A model generated the notes under the pieces. It saw only the letters and a list, made by a program, of their open reading frames with translations, was not told the DNA's origin and did not search any database. This document shows positions 26,256 to 41,300 of a stretch of DNA of 64,000 nt, in pieces. This stretch comes from Chiloscyllium plagiosum (lineage: Eukaryota). The stretch is taken from NCBI RefSeq assembly GCF_004010195.1, contig NC_057737.1, positions 30,629,014-30,693,013 of the forward strand. Direction: 5' to 3'. The stretch's first letter is position 1, and each line of letters begins with the position of its first letter. The position numbers and the translations under genes were made by a program.

Positions 26256-28329
26256 GGTAATAATTCAAAGATAATTACCTTTGGGATCAGCTTCGTAATT
26301 TGGTGCCAAACTCCTCATAATGATTATACAGAACCTCCTGCTTGGTTCTGCTATGAGAGTGGTATCTACATGGACCAAGATGACAAGATGCTCCCCTCCC
26401 CCTGTAGGTTCATCTCCAGCCCTGAGTGGATGTCTCAAATCTTGGCAGTGAGCAGGCAATATAGCCTTCTGGGCTCATGCTTTGTCATGGAGAACAGTGT
26501 CATTCCTCATGAATATTCCATAGCCTTTTGCTTCACCTTGTTTTTATCATTGTGCCATAGTCAATTCACCAATCTATCCTACAGCCCTCTTTTCCATTCG
26601 GCCATGCTGAAAGAACCTGAGACCTGATGAACAATTAGAAAACTGATGCTCCTGCCCTCTGGGTCCCTTACCAGTCTCGGGTAGAGCTACACACCCAACG
26701 CCCCTAACCACTTAAGAAATGGGATGAAGAATATATCCTAAGGGCTGTGACTTTGTTTTGGCAAAAAAAAATCCAGTTAACATGACCCCTCCCTGATGTG
26801 TTGGAAGACCTGCAACTTGGCCTCCACCTCAATTACATTGAGTCAAATCTCCGCGAGCTGCAAACGCTTCCTGCATACAGTCATCATGAGGTCATGGCAG
26901 CAGTGAAGTCCTTTTCCATTGCAATTTCATGCCCTCAAGCAGGCCCAAGGAAGGCATTGTCTCAAACTGTATCTGCATCCAGTTAGTTTCCCATATGTAG
27001 GTGTTGTGACTATGTTATGGGTTAATGCAACCTGAGGTATGGTACAAAGAGCATGTTTGAAAGGACAGCTATCTACTGCATGTTTACTCATACAATTGTG
27101 GCAAGATTGTGTGAGGGTGATATTACCACACAATCCATCTGGTTATGAATGTTCATTGAAATCTCCAAATGCCTAACTTGTTGACTAAAAACTCATGATA
27201 TAAGCTTCCTTGCAGTTGACATCAAGGGTTATGTGGAACAGGGAGGAGCAGATTAGTCACAGTCTTATTGAGTGGTGGAGCAGACTTGGTGGGCCAAATG
27301 ACATTTTGCTTCAACTGTGTCTCATGATCTTATGAAAGGGCCATCAGGAATTTGTAGGTAGTATCTGCTTCATCTTGAGGCTCCCTCAAGGTCTCCGATC
27401 TGCATTAGCTATGTCCAGCATCACCCCTCAGGCGGTCAGGCACACACTGCCTCAGGTACTCGGAATGACCCTCTTGTCTATTCAGCCCGCCTTTAAGGGG
27501 ATGGAACTCCTCGAGGCAGCCTTTTAATTGTCCAGCTTCAGGAAGGTCACAAAGACAGGTGGAGTTTGGTTCATAATACAGTCAGAACCTAAATATAGTC
27601 CCAACACAGGCAGAAACTTCAGCAAAGTAACTGTTTCTTTCCACATGCTGCCTGAGCTGCTAAGTATCTCTTGCGTTATATCAATGTTTTATGGTTCTCT
27701 TTGATATTACCGAAGTATCGCAACTGTTTCAAGAATTTATTTTGTTCAGTCAAAAGTTTTGCTTTTCTTATGTATGTATATAAGCCAATTTTACCCAAAT
27801 GTGAAGTGCACATCCTTAAATTAGAACAATTATTACATGAATTGTATTGCATACATATTCTTAATTTTTCTAATGTAAACATAACAACATTTCACGTATC
27901 GCCACAGTAACTTAATGGGAAGTAAATTGCTACAGTAACTTAATGGCAAATTACCACAGTCAATACAAATTACTAGTTTCTGCAATTCATTAGTTTAGTT
28001 CACGGAATATGAGTATCACAATTTAGTGTCACTCTGAAGTGCCCTTGAGAAGATAATGGTGAGCTCCTGTCTTTAACTGTTGCAGACTATGTGGTGTAGG
28101 TACACCCACAGGGCTGGCAGAAGGGAGTATGAAGCAGACGAGGAACAATCATATCATTCCAAATTAGATCTTCCTGTATTATGGTAAGGTATTATATCTA
28201 GGTGCTGGAGGTTGCAGTATTGGAAGGTACCATCCAAGAATCTTTGGCAAGTTATAACAGTGCATCTTCTAGATCATAACCTTACCTTTCTTGCAGTAGA
28301 CTGCCAAGAAGATAAATATTTTGTTGGTT

Positions 28330-28930
28330 TTCACAGCAAGAGGAGCAGGGATGTCTCGCTGCAATCATGTCCATCTGGAATATTGTGTACAGTTTTGGTT
28401 TTATCTGAGGAAGGATGTTCTTGCTGCAGAAGGAATGCAGCAAAGTTTACCAGACCGATTCCTGGGATGGTAGGACTGATGAATGAGGAGTGGTTGAATT
28501 GGCTAGGATTATATTTGCTGGAGTTTAGAAGAATGGTGGGATGGTGGGGGAGTCTTGTAGAAACCTATAAAATTTGAACATGACTAGAAATGTTGGTGCA
28601 GGAAGGATGTTAGTGATAATGGGATGTCCAAAACCAGGGCTCTCAGTCTAAGGACATGACATAAACCATTTACGACTTAGATGAGGAGGAATTTCTTCAC
28701 CCAGAGAGTGGTGAGCCTCTGGAATCTGCTACCACAGAAAGCAGTCAAGGCCAAAACATTGTACAATTTCAAAAATGCGTTGGATATGACAATTGGTGCT
28801 AAAGGACAAAGGAATAATGGGAAAAAGTGGGAACAGGCTGTTGAGTTGGACGATCAGTCACAGTATAATGAATGGTGGAGCAGGCTCGAAGGGCTGAATG
28901 GCCAACTCCTATTTCCCATATTTCTGTGCA
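28330..28930 (+). mobile_element. CR1 LINE 3' fragment
   Basis: MRRNFFTQRVVSLWNLLPQKAV (ORF 28681..28959) followed by a CR1 3' UTR. Confidence 0.85.
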
Positions 28931-30268
28931 GGCTGGTGATGGAGGGAGTCAATTTTTAATGAATTGTGTCAAGCTTCTGCGGTGTTGAAGCTGCATTTAT
29001 CCAGGCAAATGGACAGTATTCCATGATACCACACACCTTTTCCTTACAAAAGTGGGGGCAGGTGGTGAGTTATATGCTACAGAATTCCCAGCCCCTCAGC
29101 TGTCCTTGAGGCTATAATATCTACGTAGTGTTGATATTTGAGCAAAACATCATTTTAGAAACTGAACATATTAATTGTGATTAAGTTTAAATCTATCCCT
29201 CCTCCTGAATCACAAGGGGTATTTAATGGCAGGAAGTCCCGGAGAAGGAGCATTCATTTCCTCTCAAAGTTTCTGCCTGTGGTTCTGAGTTTTTGGTATC
29301 ATTACAGCAAACGCCAGATTTGGATTTGGATTTATTTGCCTTAGCTATTTAGTACATACTATGTTGGTAAAAATGAAGATAGGTTTTTGAGGAATAGACA
29401 GTGTTCATATGCAATGTCCAATCTGATATGATGTGGACAAATGCGGCTTATTACAAAAGGTCTGTTTTCATGCAGTTATCCATGCTTAGTAATTCAGAAC
29501 ACTTAAAGATCTCATTCCTAATGCTGGAGAGCACACACACACACAATGAATGAATGCATTGGCACTTCTTAACCTTGGTGAACATAGGACACGGGTGAGG
29601 AAACAGAATCCTGATAAGAAAATGAACTTGAGAATTTATGTGTAATGATTTGGAAAAACACTTTGCATCAGTGCTGATTACATTTACCAGGTAACTGCCC
29701 TGGAAATAGTAGGTCTCCTGATCTTTTTCATTGTTGCATGTTTTTTTTTAACCTTGCTGCAGTTCAAAGGTGCTGATATTTGAAGGTATTAATAATGGAG
29801 GCAACATTGTTTAAAGAGGTTTTAATATGCTGTCAGAAAGTAATTTAGATAGATGAACAGTGCTCTATTGTAAGTTACGAGGTTATTTTTAAGTCAGTAA
29901 AAGCATGCACTTCAAATTTTAATCCTTCCTTTACCTGATGATTTTTTTTTGCTTACAGTGGTTAAAAGCTCAGTGTTCCACGCTGTGACCCAATGAGTAT
30001 TCTGTAAACGTGTACAGCAGTTTTCATTTAGTGCATAAAGATAAACGGTGGACAAATGTTCACCCCATACCTACTGATTGAGCCTCTACTATTTTCCTGA
30101 TCAGAATTTCATTGATTGGGAGGACAGGAAACCCTGGAATCTTGCAGAAGCAGAACTATAGACAGACAGGAGAACTAAGGATGAGGTGATGGTAAACCTT
30201 TAATTTGGTGGATGGACCATCGTTCAAGTAAGCTGCTTTTTCTTGAATGGTATTGAGCTTCTTGAGAA

Positions 30269-30460
30269 GTAGAGAATAGTCCATCTCCTGCCAGTGGAGA
30301 GGTGGAGAATAGTCCATCGCCTGCCAAGTGGAGAATTGTCCATCTCTGCAAGGTGGAGATAGACTATCTCGTTACTGGAGAATAGTCCAACTCCTGTTAG
30401 TGGAGATAGTTCATCCCCTGTTAATGTAGAATAGTCCATCTCCTGCAAGGTGGAGATAGC
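30269..30460 (+). repeat. Minisatellite, ~24-26-bp unit (gtggagaatagtccatctcctgcaag); continues at 32180-32245
   Basis: About 8 degenerate tandem units before the CR1 and about 3 after it. Confidence 0.8.
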
Positions 30461-32178
30461 CATAGAGATGTACAGCACGGAAACAGATCCTTTGGTCCAA
30501 CTCATCCATGCCGACCAAATATCCCAACCCAATCTAGTCCCACCTGCCAGCACCTGGCCCATATCCCTCCAAACCCTTCTTATTCATATACCCGTCCAGA
30601 TGCCTTCTAAAATGTTGCAATTGTGCTAGCCTCCACCACGTCCTCTGGCAGCTCATTCCATACACGTACCACCTTCTGAGTGAAAAAGTTACCCGTTAGG
30701 TCGCTTTTCTATCTTTCCCATCTCACCCTAAACCTATGCCCTATACTTCTGGACTCCCCCACCCCATGGAAAGTAATTTGTCTATTTATCCTATCCATGC
30801 CCCTCATGATTTTATAAACCTTTATAAGGTCACCCCTCAGCCTCCGACATTCCAGAGAAAACAGCCCAAGCCTATTTAACCTCTCCCTGTAGCTCAAATC
30901 CTCCAACACTGGCAACATCCTTGTAAATCTTTTCTGAACCCTTTCAAGTTTCACAATATCTTTTCAGTAGGAAGGAGACCAGAATTGCATGCAATATTCC
31001 AACAGTGGCCTAACCAATGTTTTGTACAGCCACAACATGACCTCCCAACTCCTGTACTCAATACTCTGACCAATAAAGGAAAGCATACCAAACAGCTTCT
31101 TCACTATCCTATCTACCTGCGACTCCACCTTCAAGGAGCTATGAACCTGCATTCCAAGGTTTCTTTGTTCAGCAACACTCCCTAGGACCTTACCATTAAG
31201 TGTGTAAGTCCTGCTAAGATTTGCTTTCCCAAAATGCAGCACCTCACATTTATCAAAACTAAACTCCATCTGCCACTTCTCAGCCCATTGGCCCATCTGG
31301 TCAAGATCCTGTTGTAATCCGAGGTAACCTTCTTCATTGTCCAATACACCTCCAATTTTGGTGTCATCTGCCAATTTACTAACTATACCTCTTATATAAA
31401 TGATTTGGACGTGAGCATAAGTGATGAAAAGTAGTAGACCCAGCACCAATCCTTGTGGCACTCCACTGGTCACAGGCCTCCAGCCTGAAAAACTACCCTC
31501 CACCGCCACCCTCTGTCTTCTATCTTTCAGCCAGTTCTGTTTCCAAATGGCTAGTTCTCCCTGTATTCCATGAGATCTAACCTTGCTCACCAGTCTCCTT
31601 TGGGGAACCTTGTCAAATGCCTTACTGAAGTCCATATAGATCACATCAACTGCTCTGCCCTCATCAATCCTCTTTGTTACTTCTTCAAAAAACTCAATCA
31701 AGTTTGTGAGTCATGATTTCCCACGCATAAAGCCATGTTGACTATCCATAATCAGTCCTTGCCTTTCCAAGTACAAATACATCCTGTCCCTCAGAATTCC
31801 ATCCAACAATTTGCCCACCACTGACGTCAGGCTCACTGGTCTACAGTTCCCTGGCTTGTCCTTACCACCTTTCTTGAACAGTGGCATCATGTTAGCCAAC
31901 CTCCAGTCTTCCAGCATGTCACTTGTGACTATCGATGAGACAAATATCTCAGTAAGAGGCCCAGCAATCACTTCCCTAGCTTCCCACAGAGTTCTAGGGT
32001 ACACCTGATCAGATCCTGGGGATTTATCCATTTTTATGCGTTTCAATATATCCAGCACTTCTTCCTCTGTAAAATGGACATTTTTCAAGATGTCACTATC
32101 TATTTCCCTATATTCTATATCTTCCATGTCCTTTTCCACAGCAAACACTGATTAAAAAATACACGTTTAATATCTGCC
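30461..32178 (-). mobile_element. Young CR1 LINE, ~1.7-kb 3' portion with RT domain
   Basis: ORFs 31711..32148, 30964..31701 (YMDFSKAFDKV, SGVPQG, LADDTKIGG) and 30709..30954. Confidence 0.95.
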
Positions 32179-32464
32179 GCTATCTCCTGTTACTGGAGAA
32201 TAGTCCAACGCTTGTTCGTGGAGATAGCCCATCTCCTTCCAGATAGAGCAATGGGCAGAACAGCCTAATCTGCAGTTTAGAACTGGGTTTGAGCAGAAGT
32301 GCTGTTCATCTCGGCTCCTCCAGGATCATGGTAGACTGATGTTGTTCATGGTAAATGGGCAGTATGTTCTGATTCTCGGCCTGCTACTGATCTTTACCCA
32401 GCCCAAAAGCAAGAATGAAAGTCAATTGGTGTTTTTTTTTTAAAAGAGATTCTGATCTCCTGAC

Positions 32465-32725
32465 ATTTTTAAAATAAGCGCCGTCACTACTGTCCAACAG
32501 CGGTAGTATTTATACCTTTCCCAGCACCATGTTGTGTGCATACAGGTGTAAGACACAGTGAAGACCAATGAGTGCAGAAACTTAATTCATACTCCACCTC
32601 CAGGAAGAAGGGAGACACCAGAGTGGCCAGTGATAGGCAGTGCCCTTCTCAACTATGTGATCAAAAGAGTGAAAGGGAGAGCAAGGATTAAATCAAAATA
32701 GAACCGGAGGGGGAAATAAAATACT
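32465..32725 (-). mobile_element. Inverted sister copy of the element at 20323-20567
   Basis: cactac...cagcaccatgttgtgtg...gacacagtgaaga...gagtggccagtga.a.gca.tgccctt is the reverse complement of the 20323 copy. Confidence 0.7.
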
Positions 32726-34692
32726 CTTGGTGCTATTTAGTTGCAATGAAATGTTTAATCAATCCAGAGTTTTACAGAGTTTGAGGAAACAAGCTCATGG
32801 ATTTGATTTCTGTCTGGAGCTAATCCTCAATTTGCATTATCATACCCTTTCAGAGGCAGAAATATCATGTCGGCAAGTCCAGCTGAACCAACAGTCTGCC
32901 TTCTCAGCTAGGTAATGGTGGCTGACAACAAGAACTTAAAAGATGAGAAAATGATGTTAAAATATCATTTAAGTTTAGAAATGATTTAATTCCAATTTGC
33001 CTTAATTACATTGTGCAGACACCGTTGATGTCTAAGAATGTATGTTCGCTCAACTGATAGACCTTGAGACCGTTAGCATTCACAGAACATTAATGCAAAA
33101 TTCTTTAATGTAGAAGCTGTTTCATTTTCAGAAGATTTATCTTTTATTGCCTCAAGCAAAATTTTGTCTGATTTGTTTCATGAAAACTTCTAGGTGAAAT
33201 CACTTTTTAATGATTCAAATGCTGTTTGAGTTCAAACATTTGAAATTGTTTCTGTAATGCAAGCAGTGAAAAAATACATTTACATTTTACTCCAGCAATG
33301 GTAATATATTAAACATGTGTGCTTAAAAATAGTATTCCTTACTTTCCATATGATAGTCAATTCAGATAGTCAGGAATTTTTCAGAGAGATTGTGCAACTG
33401 CCTCCTAACACATTCCATCATTTAATAATATAAATTGTCATTTTAATGAAGTTAAAAATGATGTTTATAATAATACCAGCCAGGCTCCTATCAGGCTTCT
33501 AGATTAAACCCAATATGACTAACACACAGAGTTAAGGGTCATTCCACAAACAATTCACTGCACTGATGCCTCTTTTCCCTCAAGCTACGTGCGTAATGTC
33601 AGTCCAAATTTTTGCTCTCATTTCAATTTGACATCAGTTTTCTTCACAGGGCACGCCAACGGCAGTGGCACCATCGGAGGCAACGCTGCTGCCATCACAA
33701 ATGCCAATCTTCCTTTTTTTTTAAGGCTGAGATAAACATAACTTTACTCCCTCGAGGCATCAAGAGATATAGAAAACAGGAAAGAAAGTGAACTTCAGGC
33801 AGAAAACGAACTATGCCCTGATTTAATGGCAGTGCAGTTTTGAGAGGTTGTACATTCTATTCCTGCTGTTGCTATTTATTCCTTAGGGTTATTTCCAAAG
33901 TATATCTGACCACTACATGGCAAATATAAATGGCAATCTTTAATGCTATTAGATTAACATGTCAAGTTTCTTATTTTTATATCCACAAATAGAAAGGACA
34001 GATTTATAATTCAAAAGGATTCATGTTCTAACTATCCCTTGCACTGCTCCAGTGTAACAGACAAACATTTGACTTTGGCTGTCCTTGTTGTACCAGCCCC
34101 ACTATAGCTAGAGGGTGGATCTGTAAGGATGTCCGACCTCCGAGAACTGCTGACCAATCAGATGGCCGGTAGCTGTCTGGTTGCAACAGAGGTAGGAGAG
34201 GTGGTCAGTGCTGGTTATAACACTGTCCATCAGTAGGAGGAGCATGGAAGTCAGATTAAAACTTGACTTTGGACAGATGTGCTGGGACCAGTCAGGGAAT
34301 ACTGGCGAGGTGTGGAAAAAGAGGACAACCATGCATTTAGAATGTGTTGAATAAGTGAGAGCAACTATCATTGATGGAGGAACTTTTGTTGGGTACACTA
34401 AGAGGACAAGAAAGTGGAATTGAGGAAAATGATCAGCCAAGCTCATGAGATTGTGAGGCCTTCTCCAGCTCCTGTTTCTTATGCTTCTAATTTCCTGCAT
34501 GCTATACCGTGACAACACTCCCAGTGCTGGCCCATGCCATGGTGGAGCCTAACCCTGACAAAAGGGGCAGGAAAATGAAGTGTAAGTCTGAGACTTTTGT
34601 CCTGTTTCCCTCTTGATGATCTCTCTCCCCCACCCCCCTGCAGAATTGTAGGTTGATGATATGAAAAAAAATTCTTAAAAGCGCTGGAATCT

Positions 34693-35040
34693 TCATAGAA
34701 TTCCTACAGTGTGGAAGCAGGCCATTGGATTCATCGAGTCCAAACCAGCCCTCCAAAGTCCACCCTACCCAGACCCACCCCTTTCATGTAAACTTGCATT
34801 TCCAATGTCTAATCCAGTTAGCCTGCATATCCATGACACTGCAGGCAATTTAGCATGGTCAATGCACCTAATCTGCACATTTTTGGACTGTGGGAGGAAA
34901 CCAGAGCACCCGGAGGAAATCCACGCAGACACAGGGAGAATGTGCAAACTCCACACAGAAAGTTGCCCAAGGCTGCAATCAAACCTGGGTGCCTGGTGCT
35001 GTGAGGCAATAGTGCTAATCACTGAGCCACTGTGCCACCA
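34693..35040 (-). mobile_element. HE1-type V-SINE
   Basis: V-domain and tRNA-like head both present. Confidence 0.9.
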
Positions 35041-36827
35041 TTGGTGTTGGGTCTCTTAGAGCAGGTTCAACATTCTCCAGCCTTGGTGGAACTGTCTGGT
35101 GAATCAATTTGGAAATGGTTTTGGAAGCTGAGAATTTCCCTTTTCCCATCAGTCAAAGTGAACTCCACCCATTAAAGATCAGAGTAATACTGCATATATC
35201 CATCCAAGGCCTAGAATTCTCAGGACAACTAAGAGGACAGTATCCAGTTTGATCAAGAACTCTAACAACCATCAAATGAATTGGATGTCAAATTCTTAGC
35301 TTCCTGTGCAGTCAAGGCAACAAGAGGAAGAATCATTGTTGCCTGGTCAGTTCTGAGGTATGGTGTCCGCATAGACCAAAACTTCAGATAGATTCAAACA
35401 AATTTCATTTCACACTGATTGGTAAGATAAAGAATAATGATATTTGCCTAATGATAGGTGCAAACTAATATGCTTTATAGTTTTGTATGCCATAGGAAGG
35501 GTTGTGTGAAAATTTAAAAGCCTGAAGTTACTCCATCATTTAAGCTTACATGTGCTGTAAATAAATCAGTTTCTTGGTTTGTATCAACCGTATCTCAAAC
35601 ATTTCCATTTGATTAGGCTTTTGGAGAACTACATGTGAAGACTCAATTTTAGGATTAAGGTGGTCCTATATATAACAAGGGACTGTCAATTTTACATTCT
35701 GGGATCGGTTATTAATTATCTTGGTAGTAAATATAACATCTTAATTTTGCAGATGTAGCTGCTAATGGAAGAGACGAATAATGACAACTCAAGAGAATAA
35801 TTGTGATCTAAAACTTGAAACATCTAACTTCATTTCCCTACACTAGCATCCCACTTTTTATCATGTTAAATTGAAAATACTTAGCATTGGTCCAACACAC
35901 AATGACGTGGTCCCATTAAGTCTCTATAATATCTCCAAACCCCATATTTACTCTGAATGTTTGATTATTGTGAGTTCAGTCTTCATCAATTTCCTATATG
36001 TTTATTATCCACCATTTGTCAGAGTCTTTAGCCACATGCAACCACTCTGGAAGCTTCCTCATGAAATCTCTCCACTTCTCTCCCAGTGTAAGAAGGAACT
36101 CCTTAAACTCTAATTCTTCAAGTATTCAGGCACCCGTTCTGGTCACTGCCTTTCTGACTCAGTATCTTACTTCTGTTTTTTGAAGGAATTTGAGACTTTG
36201 TTTTTCATAAAGGTCATAGCAAAACAAATTGTTGCTGGTGGAAGAACAACAACAACAGGATAGTACAACAAGAATGACCACATATCTCCAATTCTGGGAA
36301 ACTACAATATGGTGTTAATGCTTTCCTTTGAAGCAGTTAACAGGTTATATAATAGGGGATGAAAAGGAAATAGGCTGAAGGCCATGTTTTGACGTCAACA
36401 TTATCAGCACACTGAGATTCACGTTGTGAACTTACAACTCTGTATATAAATAGTTATGCTTGTTAATTAAATAATCCTAGCAACGATATTATAAATGACA
36501 AGAAAAATTGAATTTGTAATCATCTTCTTGTCATGACAACTTTAGGATTGCTTGTTAATTTAGCTCAGATCAAATAATTTGTTTCTCAGCTCATTTGGAA
36601 ATGAAGGAGTCATTAACTTGATTTCGTTTATACAAATGAGAATTTGTCATTTGTAAATGTGGTCAATTTTAAGCGCTATCACATATCAGAAATTTTGGGA
36701 TTTTTTTTACATGCAGAAAAGATTTGGAATGACTGTGATTTAAATGTTTAGAAGCAAAGAAAATTTGCACAGATTCAAAAAACTGAGATTTTGAGGCTCA
36801 CTACATGGAGACAGAGAGCAATTAACT

Positions 36828-38370
36828 GGGCAGAATTTTTCATTTCAAGTTAAAGTATAAGGATGAGTGTGCCGGATGCTGCAATATCCACTATGACCTA
36901 TGTCAACCCCATTATGCTTTTCATTTCATTATCCATGGAACGACCTTCTCGGTTTAAAATCTATTGCACCATATTTAAATGCCTGTTCAGACACTGTATG
37001 CCAGGAACTTCCCTTCAGGCTGTGGGTGTTGCTCCTACAACAGAAGAAATACCTGAACATACCCTACAGAAGTTGATATCCCTAGCTGAGGTCCCAGAAA
37101 GATGGAACATACTCTTTCCACTGAATTGAATCAAGACGCTGTCACACTACACTTGACCAGCTTGGGTGCTGAGTGCAAATCAGTGCCACAAAAGAGACAG
37201 AAAAAGCTGCCAGCTAAAAAATAGGCAAATAATATCCTGCGCTCTGTAATGGTAAGAAGCATCATCTTCTCTTTGCTACCTCACATTGTCAGGGTCACCA
37301 CTCATTCTAACTCTGTCTCACCGCACACATCTCACTAAAGGTCATGCAATACAAGCTTTAGCATCACATCCACGATTGATGCCCACTCAAGGGCACACAG
37401 CCACCTCAAATTAATAAGTTGCCTGCCCTCTGCTCTTTCTACTCACTTGCTCCGGATGACATACCACCTCACATGGTTAGGCATGTTCCCAAACTGCAGC
37501 TGCATCCATTACCATCAAAACTAACCCTTCCCTTTCTCTCATTGTCCTATAATTGGGCCATGACCAGCAAGGGGTGGAGCACAGCAACCTCCTCACCCTC
37601 ATTTAGGAAGAGGCTATTGAGGTGGCTGGAGAAGACCAGGATCATTTCTGTCATGACAGGGAAACACTAATGAGTATGCTCTGATCTTCTTGGATGAGCT
37701 CCAATGCCACATCATTGCTCTACATAACCTTCTCACCATGTTCAACAGATAACTCTTTCCATTGTATTCAATAAGCACTAGCAGGACTCAGGAATATTCA
37801 ACTAGGAGGAGGATACAGCCTGTGCACTAGTGTGGACGAAGTCTGTGAAACCTCAGAGGATACATTCACGGCCTACACCTGCATTCTCCACCAACACCAA
37901 GACAATCACCTTAGTCTAAGTTAGACTTATAGGCACAATCTGGTGAGCACATCATGAAGTGTGACTGCAGCCAATGAGGGAAAAAGTACCCAAGTGCCAG
38001 ATGGCTGCTGGAGATCAGGCAACTGGCCACCCCATGTATAAGACCTACCTTTGTGCTCAGTCATGGTGACATGGTCAGTCTATAGAGAGAGTCACATAAA
38101 TATCAGACAGGTGTGCTAGAGGTACTGGGTAGGCTGGAATGGGAGATGGAGGAGTCCATCCACAGTCCCGTTACTGTGTTGACTCTAACTTGTAAGTGTT
38201 TAACTGTCTTCATGGAAAGGATGGTGGTGACCTTGGAGACCTGCAGAGTCTCACTACCTGCAGGATATGTGTTCAGATTTGCACTTCATTGCTTTAGCCG
38301 CAGGTACCCTGCATCATTGGAAAGTGAGAGGTGGTTGACAGACCTCAACCTCAGTCCAGGTGGCCCTTCT
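36828..38370 (+). mobile_element. Degraded PIF/Harbinger-like DNA transposon (Myb/SANT ORF remnant)
   Basis: Starts gggcagaatttt (end motif recurring in the window); LQKLISLAEVPERWNILFP, then a downstream NNILRS segment followed by gtaag, resemble Harbinger Myb-like ORFs. Confidence 0.4.
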
Positions 38371-38374
38371 TCTC

Positions 38375-41300
38375 AAAGAACAAAAAAAAAACACACACAG
38401 GAACAGGCCTGTTAGCCTCCAAGCCTGCACCCACAACATTCTGCCCTTCCATACTAAAACTGTCTCCACTAACAGGATCCATATCCCTCTATTCCCTTCC
38501 GAGTCATGTATTCATCCAGGTGCTTCTTGAATGCTACTATTGTGTTTGCTTCCACCACCTCCTCCTCTGGCAGTGCTTTCCAGGTACCCATCACCTTTTG
38601 TGTGAAAACCTTGCTTCACCCATCTGTTTTAAGCATCCCCACCCATCACCTTGAACCTGTGTCTCCTAGTAATTTACCTCTACACCCTGGAAAAATGCCT
38701 TATACTTTCCAGTCTATCCATGCTATTCACAATCTTATAAACTTCTATCAGGCCATCCCTCAACGTCCAGCGAAAACAAACCCAGTCTACCCAACCTTTC
38801 TTCATAGCTAAAATCTGCAGACCAGGCAATATCCTGGTAAACTTTTTCTGAACCCTCTCCAAAGCATCCACATTCCTCTGGTCATGTGGTGACCAGAACT
38901 GTATACCATATTCCAAGTGTGGCCTCACTGACTTTAGAGAATCAGAGTCATAGAGCTGTACGGCATGGAAACAGACCCTTCAGTCCAACTCGTCCATGCT
39001 GACCAGATATCCTAAATTAATCTAGTCCCATTTGCCAGCATTTGGCCCATATCCCTCTAAACCCTTCCTATTCATTTAGCCATCCAGATGCCTTTTAAAT
39101 ATTGCAATTGTACAAGCTTCCACCCCTTCCTCTAGTAGCTCATTCCATACACGCGCCACCCTCTACATGAAAAAGTTGCCCCTTAGGTCCCATTTAAATC
39201 TTTCTGCTCTCACCTTAAACCAATGCCCTCTAGTTTTGGACTCTCCCACCTCAGGGAAAAGACCCTGTCCTATCCATGCCCCTCATGAATTTATAAATTT
39301 CTATAAGGTCACCCTCAGCCTCCAACACTCTAGGGAAAACAGCCCCAGCCTATTCAACCTCTCCCTATAGCTCAAGCCGTCCAACCCTGGCAAAATCTAT
39401 AATGCTGCAGCATAACTTGCCTATCCTTATACTCAATGCCATTTCAAATGAAGGCAAACATGCTATCGGCTTATTTTACTACCTTATCTACCTGCGCTGC
39501 CACCTTCAGTGATCTGTGGACATGCACACCCAGATCCCTCTGCACATCCATACTTCTAAGGGTACTGCCATTCACTGTACAATTTCCTCCTGTACTTGAC
39601 CTTCAAAAATGCATCACCTTATATTTAACTGAATTAATTTTCATCTGCCATTTTTCTGCGCATGCCGCCGATTGATCTATATTCTGCTGTATCCTCTGAT
39701 AATCCTTCTCGCTATTCACAACTCCATCAATCATTGTAATGTCTGCAAGCTTTCACATTAGATTGGCCATGTTTTCCTCCAAATCACTTATGTAGACAAC
39801 GAACAGAGGTCCCAGTACTGATCCCTGTGGAACACCATTAGCCACGATCCTCCATTCCGAAAAGAATCCTTCTACTGCTCCCCTCTGTCTCCTATGACTA
39901 AGCCAGTTCGGTATCCATCTTGCCAGCTCACCCCTGATATGATGTGACTTCACCTTTTGTACCAGTCTGCCATGAGTGACCTTAAAAAAAGCTTTACTGA
40001 AGTCCTTGTAGACAACATCAACCACTTTTCCCTCATTAATCATCTTCATCACCTCCTTAAAAAAAACGATCAAGTTAGTGATGCCCGACCTCCCCGCACA
40101 GAGCCATCTGTCTATCGCTAATCAGTCCATTTGCTTCTAAATACGTATTGATCTTGTCCCTGAGAATCTTTTCCAATAATTTCCCTAACACCAACGTGAG
40201 GCTCACAGGCCTGTAATTTCCTGTTAACCTTCTTAAACAATGGGACAACACTGGCTCTTCTCCAGTCCTCTGAGATCTTACCTGTGGCCAAAGAGGATAC
40301 GAAGATGTCTGTCAGTGCTCCAGCAATTTGTTCTCTTGCCTCTCTCAATATTCTGGGATAGATCAGGAACCAGGGACATACTACCTTAACACTTTTAATG
40401 CACAGCACTTCTTTATTTTTAATAGCACATTGCTTTAGAAATTTGACACACTCTTCCCGGAGATCATCCTCCACCACTTCCTTCTCTCTGGTGGATATTC
40501 AACAAAACATTTGTTTAGGACCTCACCTAACTTTCCGGTTCCATACATAGATTCTCTCCTTTTAATCTTACATAGGCCAACCCTTTCCCTGGCTACCCTC
40601 TTGCTTTCTATATATGCGTAAAAAGCCTTGGGATTCTCCTTAATCCTGTTTGCTCATGACTTCTCATGACCCCTTTAGCCCTTCTAATTCCTTGCTTAAA
40701 TCCTTTCCAACTTTCCTCATGTACTTCTTCAGTTCCCATCCTCCTAGACCTTACGTATGCTTGCTTTTAATCTTTGACCAAGGTCACAACATCCCTGGCC
40801 ATTCAAGTTTGATGTAACTTGCCACACCTATCCTTCATTCCAGCAGGAAAGTGCCACTCCTGAACTCTTAGTAATTGCTGTTTGAAATACTCCCACACAT
40901 CCGAAGTGGATTTACCCTCAAATAGCGGTTTCCAATCAAAATTCTCCAGTTTCTGCCTAATATTGTTGTAGTTCGCCTTTCCCCAATTTAACACGTTAAC
41001 CCAAGGACTGCTGTTAACCCTACCCATTAATATCTTAAAGCTCAGAGTATTATGATCACTGCTCCCCCATTGAAACTTCACTCACCTGGCCGGGCTCATT
41101 TCCCAAAACCAGGTCCAGTATAATCCTTGGTTGGACTAGTTACGTTTTGCGTCAAGAAGCCCTGCTGAATTCTGAATTCTTACAAACTCTGTTCCATCCA
41201 AGCCCCCAACATGAGGTGAGTCCCAGGCAATATAGGGGAAGTTAAAACCACCTACCACAACAACCGTGCCGTTTTTACATCTTTCCAAAACCTTTCTAAA

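Noticed and set aside
30269-30460. CRISPR-like array of palindromic ~25-bp repeats
   Set aside because: Units are directly tandem with no unique spacers, there are no cas genes and the context is vertebrate; it is a minisatellite.
34105-34350. Possible extra exon or retroelement coding fragment
   Set aside because: No convincing splice sites or recognisable peptide in any frame.
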